From a virus (Duplodnaviria; Caudoviricetes), in the IMG/VR virus record IMGVR_UViG_3300048582_000118, positions 687-64,686 of that record: a stretch of 64,000 bases of DNA; one strand, written 5' to 3'. Position numbers and translations under genes: made by a program. The first letter of the stretch is position 1; each line of letters begins with the position of its first letter. The notes under the pieces were generated by a model. That model was given only the letters and a program-made list of their open reading frames with translations, was not told the origin of the DNA and did no database searches. Below are positions 19,306 through 26,930 of the stretch, one piece after another.

Positions 19306-20898
19306 ATGAAAGATATTCGACAAATAATTTTAGATACATATAATTCATATCCTAAACATTTTACGCAAATGTTGAAAAGAAACAGAGATGTAACAGAATA
19401 TGTAAACACCGTTGCGACGAGTTCAGGCGCAGAAACCTTTTTAGAAAAGTTGTACTATGTCGTCTATCAAGAGCCAATTTTTTGCAAAAATGGAAACAAA
19501 AAGAAACTAAAATCTTTCGAGGGGTATGGTTTCTGCGGAAGGGCAAATAGCTGCGAATGCGCTAAAAACTCCGTAAGTGAAAAAGTATCATTAGCGAAGA
19601 ATAATTACACAGATGAAAAAAGCGCAGCTATCAACGAAAAACGTAAATTAACGACACTTTCACTACATGGCGTAACCAACAACGGGCAAACAAAAAAATC
19701 AATCACAGCACATAAAAAATTATATAAAAATAGAGATAAAGTAAGCGACATATCCGAACAAATAAAAAATACAAAACTGCATAGGCACGGAGATGCAACG
19801 TTTAACAACCGCACAAAAGCAGCCGAAACTTGTCTAATAAAATACGGTGTTACTAACACTTATTTAATCACAGAAGACAATAGTAATCCGCTTTTAGCCC
19901 AGTTAAGAGATAAGCACGAATTAGCAAAATTATTTCCTAAACTTCCCGTAAGTGAAATTGCTACCCGATTAAACGTAGCCGACACAACTGTCTATCGTTA
20001 TTTAAACTTGCACGGGTTTAGAGAACCCTATCAATCTACATTCGAAAAAGAAATCGTCGATTATTTGCAAACCATCGGTGTCACTAATATATTAACAAAC
20101 AAGAGATCGATAATAGACAAAGAGCTGGATATATTTTTACCAGACTTTAACCTCGCAATAGAATATAACGGCGTATACTGGCACCACGATAAAATACCAC
20201 ACATTACAAAAACATACCATCGAGATAAATTTCTAAATTGTGAAAAGAATGGAATAGAATTATTCACTATTTTTAGTGATTCATGGGATAATAAAAAAGA
20301 TGTCTGGAAGAATAAAATAAGAGCTAAACTAGGCCTGTCAGATATAACTGTGTATGCTCGAAAAACAAAAATAGTGAATTTAAGAGCTGCCGATACTAGA
20401 GAAATTCTAAACAAACATCATGTCCAAGGCTATTGTGCTGCTCAGTACTGCTACGGTCTAGAATACAATAGTGAGATAGTAGCAGTAATGACTTTTTCTA
20501 AAAAAAGAGCAGGTATAGGAAAAGACAGAGGAGAAAACAGTTTCGAACTTGTAAGGTACGTAACTTCTAAGAATGTAATCGGTGGTGCATCGAAATTACT
20601 TAAACATTTTATAAAAACTAGCAGCCCTGAAATAATATTTTCTTATTCCGATAATCAGTATAGTGTCGGGAAATTATACCGCACATTAGGATTCGAACTA
20701 GAAAAAGATAATAATGCTGGGTACAAATATTACGATCCGGCGCATAAAAAAATGTATCATCGCTATAAATTTGCAAAACATAAGCTAATAGAAGCAGGTT
20801 TTAATTCAACATCTACTGAAAAAGAAATCATGGATAACACCGATTATCTGCGTATTTGGGATTGCGGATCGCGCACTTGGGTAATGAATTTAAAATAA
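19306..20898 (+). CDS. Free-standing Hef-like/homing endonuclease: Vsr/DUF559-like PD-(D/E)XK domain plus GNAT-like C-terminal domain
   Basis: ELDIFLPDFNLAIEYNGVYWH nuclease motif; ELVRY...VIGGASKLLKHF...SYSD...GKLYRTLGF; N-terminal Cys cluster and KYGV/HGV repeats. The gene is AT-rich and opposite in orientation to its neighbours. Confidence 0.7.
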   Translation: MKDIRQIILDTYNSYPKHFTQMLKRNRDVTEYVNTVATSSGAETFLEKLYYVVYQEPIFCKNGNKKKLKSFEGYGFCGRANSCECAKNSVSEKVSLAKNNYTDEKSAAINEKRKLTTLSLHGVTNNGQTKKSITAHKKLYKNRDKVSDISEQIKNTKLHRHGDATFNNRTKAAETCLIKYGVTNTYLITEDNSNPLLAQLRDKHELAKLFPKLPVSEIATRLNVADTTVYRYLNLHGFREPYQSTFEKEIVDYLQTIGVTNILTNKRSIIDKELDIFLPDFNLAIEYNGVYWHHDKIPHITKTYHRDKFLNCEKNGIELFTIFSDSWDNKKDVWKNKIRAKLGLSDITVYARKTKIVNLRAADTREILNKHHVQGYCAAQYCYGLEYNSEIVAVMTFSKKRAGIGKDRGENSFELVRYVTSKNVIGGASKLLKHFIKTSSPEIIFSYSDNQYSVGKLYRTLGFELEKDNNAGYKYYDPAHKKMYHRYKFAKHKLIEAGFNSTSTEKEIMDNTDYLRIWDCGSRTWVMNLK

Positions 20899-20902
20899 AG
20901 TC

Positions 20903-20931
20903 AAAAAAAAGCCCTGCAAACAGGGCTTTTT
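20903..20931. terminator. Bidirectional intrinsic terminator
   Basis: A8-GCCCTG-CAAA-CAGGGC-T5 between the convergent endonuclease and capsid genes. Confidence 0.85.
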
Positions 20932-20958
20932 AATTTTACTACAACTAAAGCTCTATTA

Positions 20959-22137
20959 TTAATAGAACTTCAAGGTTGCCGAATCAATACCAACTTTCGA
21001 CAAGTAGTCAGCAGCGTTACCGAAGCTGTTAGCCGAGTTAGTCAATTCTAAGTAACCATAACGTGTCATAAAGCTAACAACCGGTTCAAAGGTGTTAGGA
21101 TCCATCACCGGACCAGTGCTCATCAACGGAATGTATGGGCAATAGTATGCAGCAGCATCAGTTTCTGTAGGACCTTTATAGCCTATCAGAACAGCTTCAG
21201 CGTCCGAAGCATACTGGTCAACATAAACACGCATAGTGCTGTTCAAAGTACCGACAAACTTAGTGTTTGTAGGAGCTTCGAAAACGCCTTCTGTTGTGCG
21301 AGCGAAAGTCGAAGTAGTAGCAGACTGAAGAATAGTTAACGCTGTTGGCGAAACTACAGCCCAGTTAGCAGCACCACGGCGTGTACGAGCAGCAACGAGG
21401 TTAGCTTGTTGGTTAATCATAACAGCAAGAGCAGCATGCTCGTCACCTACGTAAGTAGCAGTACCGCTTACAGCAGCCTGATTATAGACGGTAGGAGGAA
21501 CAGGAACTAGAACACGAAGATTGCTCAACATTTCTTGGTCGATTTCAACGGTAATTTCCTGTGCAAGAGCTTGCATGATTTCAGCCTCGATATCAACACC
21601 GTGAATGGCGTTAGCATCTTGAGCTGCTTCAAAAGTCCAGCGAGCGCTTAGACGACGTGTCTTAGCTTCGACGCTTTCTTTCAAAATCTGGATGCTCATT
21701 TTGTTACCTGGACGACCTTCTAGCATCGCTGTTTGTGCAGCACGAGCGTCTGGGCCGTTAGGTTGATTGTTACCGGAATAAGCGCGAGCTAATTCGAACG
21801 GAGACAATGCTTCTGTACCAGCAGTAACACCGGCAGCAGTTTCAGCATAACGTACACGCAAGGTGTGAATCTGACCAACAGGGCCAGTCATAGGCTGTAC
21901 ACCTAAGATTTCGTTAGCAATAACTGTAGGCATTACACGTCTGATCAACGGTAACATTACTTTGTTTAATACTGCGATATTACCCGACTGGGTAGCACCG
22001 GCTGTCGCAGATTCTGATAAGTATCTACGAGTGTTTTCTAGGACTACGTCCATATTTTTTCTGCGAGAGCCGCTTAGGCCTTCCATAAGGGCTTCTTTCG
22101 TTGCACCCCAATTGCTCTCAAATAGCTTACTTGCCAT
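20959..22137 (-). CDS. gp23: Major capsid protein, T4 gp23-like
   Basis: LIRRVMP..IANEILGVQPMTGPVGQI, EAKTRRLSARWT.EAAQD, EITVEIDQE, YYCPYIPL and FMTRYG motifs. Confidence 0.95.
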   Translation of the reverse strand: MASKLFESNWGATKEALMEGLSGSRRKNMDVVLENTRRYLSESATAGATQSGNIAVLNKVMLPLIRRVMPTVIANEILGVQPMTGPVGQIHTLRVRYAETAAGVTAGTEALSPFELARAYSGNNQPNGPDARAAQTAMLEGRPGNKMSIQILKESVEAKTRRLSARWTFEAAQDANAIHGVDIEAEIMQALAQEITVEIDQEMLSNLRVLVPVPPTVYNQAAVSGTATYVGDEHAALAVMINQQANLVAARTRRGAANWAVVSPTALTILQSATTSTFARTTEGVFEAPTNTKFVGTLNSTMRVYVDQYASDAEAVLIGYKGPTETDAAAYYCPYIPLMSTGPVMDPNTFEPVVSFMTRYGYLELTNSANSFGNAADYLSKVGIDSATLKFY

Positions 22138-22149
22138 ATTTGTATCTCC

Positions 22150-23274
22150 TTATTTTAAACCTGCTAAAGTTTTTATGTGTGATAACTCGCTGTTGAACTC
22201 GCTATCTGAATTACCTTGTTGGGCATTATTAACCCGATTTCCTGTTCTTTCGGACAGTTTAGAACCCTCTGTAAGCGGTCTTTTAGCTGCATTTGTTCTC
22301 GGAACAGAAGTTTCATTCAATACAGCCGGTAGATACTTGTTAAAACTTCTTTCAAGTTCTTTCGTCTGTACTGACTCTAATAAGCCCTTCATTACAGCTC
22401 TCTTTTCTTTTGCAAGTGGAGATAGTAATTCGGACATTACTTTGTTACGATTAATGCGATCTCTTGCTACATTAAGCTCGGACTGTAGACTCTCGGCAAT
22501 CTTAGCTTTCTGCTGAACAGACTCTTTAATTGCTTCAATTTCTCGATCTTTGCTTTCTACAACTTTTTGTAGCTTGCGAACTTCCGTACCTTCATTTAGG
22601 TAAGAAGTCATATATTCGCCGACGAATGCTTCATACATTCTACGACCGAATTCGTTTTCGCGGGCTACTTTAATATCGCCTTTAAACTGCGACATCTCGG
22701 AACGAAGTACATCGTTAATTTTTTGTTCGACTAACTTAGCTGCACGAGAAATAAACGCTTTTTTTGTTTCGTTTAAGTGTGCCTTGCCTTCGCGAACCAT
22801 CTTAACCTTTTGTTCTACTAGTTCACGCTTGTCCTTACGGAACTCGCGAATTTCCTCAGCTAGCTGCTTTAATATGAAGTTTTCTAGTTTCTTGAAATCA
22901 GAACCTAGTTTTTGCTTATCTTCGTGCAACTCTTTTACTTCTTTTGCTACTTGCTGAGTAATGAACTTGTCTAGAACAGAAGTGTGCTCTTTAATTTTAC
23001 GTCTGTAAGCGGCGCGCTCAGTAATAAGATCTCTCTTATCCTGTGCAAATTCTTCGAGTTCAACGCGAATCTTGTCAGTTAAAAAACGATCCATTGCTTC
23101 GGCAAGCACACCTTTATCGTGCGTATACTTTCTAGCAAATTCTTCTCTTAGATTGGCGGAAATTTCTTCCCGAGCTTCTGATAGCTTAGAATTCCAAGCT
23201 TCGGAGATTTGAATCTGTTGTTCTTCTGTTAACCCTGCGCTTTCACTCAAGATCTTTTTTAAATCTTTTGCCAT
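22150..23274 (-). CDS. gp22: Prohead core scaffolding protein, gp22-like
   Basis: Glu/Lys-rich coiled-coil protein between the protease and capsid genes. Confidence 0.8.
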   Translation of the reverse strand: MAKDLKKILSESAGLTEEQQIQISEAWNSKLSEAREEISANLREEFARKYTHDKGVLAEAMDRFLTDKIRVELEEFAQDKRDLITERAAYRRKIKEHTSVLDKFITQQVAKEVKELHEDKQKLGSDFKKLENFILKQLAEEIREFRKDKRELVEQKVKMVREGKAHLNETKKAFISRAAKLVEQKINDVLRSEMSQFKGDIKVARENEFGRRMYEAFVGEYMTSYLNEGTEVRKLQKVVESKDREIEAIKESVQQKAKIAESLQSELNVARDRINRNKVMSELLSPLAKEKRAVMKGLLESVQTKELERSFNKYLPAVLNETSVPRTNAAKRPLTEGSKLSERTGNRVNNAQQGNSDSEFNSELSHIKTLAGLK

Positions 23275-23285
23275 CTTGAGTCTCC

Positions 23286-23912
23286 TTAAATCTTCAAGTC
23301 ATTAATAAACTTAATAATGTTTTTCTGTAAATGTCTGTGTGCAATTGGGTCGCCATACGAAACACCTTTTGCCATTTCGTATATACTGGCCCCACCTTTC
23401 ATGTTAAAAAGGCTTTCGTAAATTGTACGTGGATATGCGTTCGGCGCACTAGGTTGAGCTACTATATCTACAGTAACAATTTCAAAATCAGACACATGAC
23501 CGTCATCGCCTACGTTGCCGGATCCTCTGGAACTAACGCCTAATTTAGCGCCAGCATGCAGCAAGGTCTTAACAATTTCGCCGGTGGGAGTCGGTATGAT
23601 TTTTAATTTACCGTAACCGTCGTGCCCATCCATCCACATTTCGGAGATCATGTGTGATACTCTGTCAAGGTTGATGGATAGTTCTTCGGGGTGATCTAGC
23701 TCTCCCAGAACAGTTTCCCCTTTGCTAACTTTTTCATTAATTGCATTAACTGCATTATTGATTTCGCGCAAAGGGTAGACACGCTGGTTCTGATTACGCA
23801 CATCGCCTTGTATAAAGATACCCTTCATGCAAAGGTCTTTACCGCCGTTAATGTCTTCAAGCACTAATTGTGCTTGATTAAACGACATGTACTCATACAA
23901 TTTATTAGACAT
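23286..23912 (-). CDS. gp21: Prohead maturation protease, gp21-like
   Basis: GIFIQG..RNQNQRVYP, LGELDHP, GVSSRGSG and DIVAQPSAPNAY motifs; likely start MSNK at 23912. Confidence 0.92.
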   Translation of the reverse strand: MSNKLYEYMSFNQAQLVLEDINGGKDLCMKGIFIQGDVRNQNQRVYPLREINNAVNAINEKVSKGETVLGELDHPEELSINLDRVSHMISEMWMDGHDGYGKLKIIPTPTGEIVKTLLHAGAKLGVSSRGSGNVGDDGHVSDFEIVTVDIVAQPSAPNAYPRTIYESLFNMKGGASIYEMAKGVSYGDPIAHRHLQKNIIKFINDLKI

Positions 23913-23931
23913 AATCTTCACCTATTCCTAA

Positions 23932-24759
23932 TTATCTACGCGGCATGTTGGTCAATGGACTCTTAGTGCCTTCGGCACCTTTTGTAGACCCTTTACCTGT
24001 GCCGACAAAACCGGCAGTGCCTTCTTGTCCTGTAGATGGTGCATTTTTCTGAGTAGCATTAATGTTATCGCTAGGCGTTTCGTCTTTCGAGGAAGGGGTA
24101 GCACCGCCTGGCTTATCATTACCTTTAGTAAATTCAACTGGATCAGCACCATCGATGAATTGCTTAGGAGCATGTGTATAAGGACTCTCAGTTCCTGTTG
24201 CACCGGCGGATTTACCAGCACCTACGAATTTCCCTTCAGTGTCCATGGACACAGATACGTTGTTAGAGAAATTAGTAGCTTCGCCTAGTCTATTGTCGAA
24301 CTCTAAGTCACTTCCTTCGTCACCAAAATCAACATCAAGTCCACCTTCGTCACTGTAATCACCGGCAAAATCATCTGCATCGTGATACGGTTCTTCCAGT
24401 TCGTCGGACATTAATTGTTCGAATTCAGCACGCAATTCTTCAAGTTGCGACTCAAGGTCCTCGACTCTCTCTTCGGTGCTAAGTTCTTCAGTTTCGTCGC
24501 TGTCGACTTCGCCGTCTTGTAATTCGTCTGTTTCGATATCATCTTCTGCATTAGAAACTTCGTCAGTGAAACCCTGCTTCATATCGCCGCCGATGGAGTC
24601 ACCCATCGCTTCTTCGTCACCATCTTCTTCGTTGACGAGTTCTTCGTAGATATATCGGGCCTTTTCGATAACAAGCTCATGCAAAAGTTCTTCAGCTTGT
24701 CCCATTTCTTCATTAACAAGAAGATTTAGAATTTGCTCAAGTTTCTTTTGTTGTGACAT
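23932..24759 (-). CDS. Acidic prohead core/scaffold protein
   Basis: Highly acidic, partly coiled-coil, located between portal and protease as T4 gp67/68 are. Confidence 0.6.
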   Translation of the reverse strand: MSQQKKLEQILNLLVNEEMGQAEELLHELVIEKARYIYEELVNEEDGDEEAMGDSIGGDMKQGFTDEVSNAEDDIETDELQDGEVDSDETEELSTEERVEDLESQLEELRAEFEQLMSDELEEPYHDADDFAGDYSDEGGLDVDFGDEGSDLEFDNRLGEATNFSNNVSVSMDTEGKFVGAGKSAGATGTESPYTHAPKQFIDGADPVEFTKGNDKPGGATPSSKDETPSDNINATQKNAPSTGQEGTAGFVGTGKGSTKGAEGTKSPLTNMPRR

Positions 24760-24802
24760 GGTTTGGGTCTCCTATAAAATAATTGTTAGATTAACATTAA
24801 AA

Positions 24803-24810
24803 TATTTATC
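24803..24810 (-). promoter_or_regulatory. Putative late promoter GATAAATA
   Basis: Upstream of the core-protease-scaffold-capsid operon; a TATAAATA copy lies just upstream at ~24817-24824. Confidence 0.65.
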
Positions 24811-24903
24811 TAACATTATTTATAAGATTTTTTAAAAAACCGCAGAAATAGGCCAAAAAGAGTCTCTTTTTGGCTAAAAGGGTGGAGGGATGCTTAAATT
24901 CCT

Positions 24904-25119
24904 TTACAATCCGCCGGAGTCGTCCATTGGTTGATTGTACATTGTGGGGACGAATGCTAGGTGCTGTGCTTTATCGACTTTTTCTGCATCTTTAGAAATT
25001 CTAAGATTGTGCAGGTGCTGAAACGTTAGTCTCGGTCGTCTCGTGTCGTCATACTCCCACTGCGATAGCTCGTCATGCGCAGGATCATAAAATTCGCAGA
25101 GTAAATGTTTAGCTTTAAT
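24904..25119 (-). CDS. Small head-region protein (71 aa) with an ATT start codon; absent from the ORF track
   Basis: AAGGAGG SD, 6-nt spacer, then ATT AAA GCT...: (M)KAKHLLCEFYDPAHDELSQWEYDDTRRPRLTFQHLHNLR...MYNQPMDDSGGL. An in-frame TAA lies just upstream. Confidence 0.7.
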   Translation of the reverse strand: MKAKHLLCEFYDPAHDELSQWEYDDTRRPRLTFQHLHNLRISKDAEKVDKAQHLAFVPTMYNQPMDDSGGL

Positions 25120-25142
25120 TTTAAACCTCCTTTAGTAATAGA

Positions 25143-25150
25143 TATTTATC
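25143..25150 (-). promoter_or_regulatory. Putative late promoter GATAAATA
   Basis: Directly upstream of the SD of the 71-aa ATT-start ORF. Confidence 0.65.
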
Positions 25151-25179
25151 TAAACTCATCGTAATTATCTATCACTGAC

Positions 25180-26904
25180 TCATGGTTCTTCACCGAAGGA
25201 ATCTACCTCTTCAGCTGGGTTATCGAGATCAATATCTAAATCTGCATCATTGCCTAAGTCCAAGTCGTCTACGGGCTCTTCGAACCCGTCATCGGGTGCC
25301 ATGCCTTCGATCCCGGATGCTGTAATCCCAGCATCGCCTAATGATGTTGCGGAAATATCTTCTTTGCTAGGGGTTTTCTTCGTACCTTTTTCTTCTTTCC
25401 ATAACTTCTCGTTTTCTGCAATTTCTTGCTCAGTGAGCCCTAAATAACGCTTCAGTGCAAAACGCTTAGATATATAGGGCACCTCTGCCATTGCAGCAAA
25501 CACGTTTATTTGCGCTGCGTCTAGCTCTAATCGACGATATTCGGAGAAATTTTGCGGTGGAGTGAGGGTGAGATTAAATAACGCATTGTCTATAGAAATA
25601 CCCCTATGTTTTAAGAACAATTTGAACTCTTGATCTAACGGCTTAACGATTTGCTTCTGATAACGTTCGCAAACTTTAGAGAATCTAAACTCTTGTATAA
25701 ACGCTGTGCCTACTCTGCCGTCGTTGTAAGATGCTGTACCATCTTCCGGACCTGTCGGTAAATATGAACTAGGTACACCTAATGCTCTTAGCATCTTGTT
25801 GTTAAAATAACGCAAATCGTCAATATCTCCTAAGTTTTCACCACCCGGGAGTGTCTCAACTTTAGAGCCGCGTCCGTCGGAGGTAGTAGCAAAGAAGTAA
25901 TCCTCAAGCATGGACATTGGGTTGTATGCCGAGTCAACGACATTTTGACCACCGCCGTTACGACTAGGAATACGCTTTTGCTGTACTTCGTAACGCACAC
26001 GCTCTAAGTATTGCTGTGCTTTGTTAGGTGGCATGGTACCCACATCGATGAAGAATACACGACGTTCCGGAGCGCGATGTACGCGATAAATTAGAATACT
26101 ATCTTCGAGCAGTTCTTTTTGTTTGTAAACTTTATATACGTACTCTAGTATCGATATACCGAATGGCCAGGCAGCATTCATTCCGTCTGAAAGAGTTAGT
26201 TGTAGTACGTGACAACCATCTACAGTCACCTCTTCAGTGGTTTGAAAAAAGCTGTTTCCGCCGCCCATGCCGCCGGCGTACACATTCGTAGTAAAATTGC
26301 CGCCGATAGTTAGTGGAGGCGAATATAAACCTGCTCCGCCGCCCTTTCTATCATTACTGCCGTACATATTTGTCGCGACAAGATCTTTTAGGTTAAGATC
26401 AAGGTTCTTCATAAAGTACTGCTCGATCTTCTTACCTTCGCTTTCGTTTACTACTACTTTCATGACGTTGTTAGGATCGCACCAGAATAACTTATGTGTC
26501 TCTGGATCACGTATAAAAAATTGATCGCCGTACATTAACGTCTGGCGAACTGCGCCCCAGAGTCGTTTATCCCACTCGTTAAGTATACACCACTGCTTTA
26601 GCGTTTTTGAGAGTATCTTAATTTCAGTTGGACTAGGTTCGTCGTTCCAGTTAAACACAAAGGGAAGTGTAGTTTCGTCGTCATTTTCGGTGGAAAAATC
26701 TGCAATAGTGTCCAATGCTGCATGTATTTCGTTATCTAAGTTCATTGTTTCGTACACGCTGTAACGCTGAAGGCGATCAGGAGGACCTTGGTATACTTCG
26801 GGCAACCACGAATTATACTTATTAGACGTAGCATGCCCTGTTGATTGCCCCTTGTTATCGGGCAACACTGAGTTTACTGGTCTAAAATATTTTTTCCACG
26901 ACAT
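25180..26904 (-). CDS. gp20: Portal protein, gp20-like
   Basis: LLEDSILIYRVHRAPERRVFFIDVG, MSMLEDYFF and VETLPGGENLGDIDDLRYF motifs. Confidence 0.95.
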   Translation of the reverse strand: MSWKKYFRPVNSVLPDNKGQSTGHATSNKYNSWLPEVYQGPPDRLQRYSVYETMNLDNEIHAALDTIADFSTENDDETTLPFVFNWNDEPSPTEIKILSKTLKQWCILNEWDKRLWGAVRQTLMYGDQFFIRDPETHKLFWCDPNNVMKVVVNESEGKKIEQYFMKNLDLNLKDLVATNMYGSNDRKGGGAGLYSPPLTIGGNFTTNVYAGGMGGGNSFFQTTEEVTVDGCHVLQLTLSDGMNAAWPFGISILEYVYKVYKQKELLEDSILIYRVHRAPERRVFFIDVGTMPPNKAQQYLERVRYEVQQKRIPSRNGGGQNVVDSAYNPMSMLEDYFFATTSDGRGSKVETLPGGENLGDIDDLRYFNNKMLRALGVPSSYLPTGPEDGTASYNDGRVGTAFIQEFRFSKVCERYQKQIVKPLDQEFKLFLKHRGISIDNALFNLTLTPPQNFSEYRRLELDAAQINVFAAMAEVPYISKRFALKRYLGLTEQEIAENEKLWKEEKGTKKTPSKEDISATSLGDAGITASGIEGMAPDDGFEEPVDDLDLGNDADLDIDLDNPAEEVDSFGEEP

Positions 26905-26930
26905 AGTTATTTCGCCTCTGTTTGTATAAA

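Noticed and set aside
19306-20898. Intron- or IS-encoded element
   Set aside because: Flanking genes are intact, with no terminal repeats, transposase motifs or intron structure; treated as a free-standing gene.
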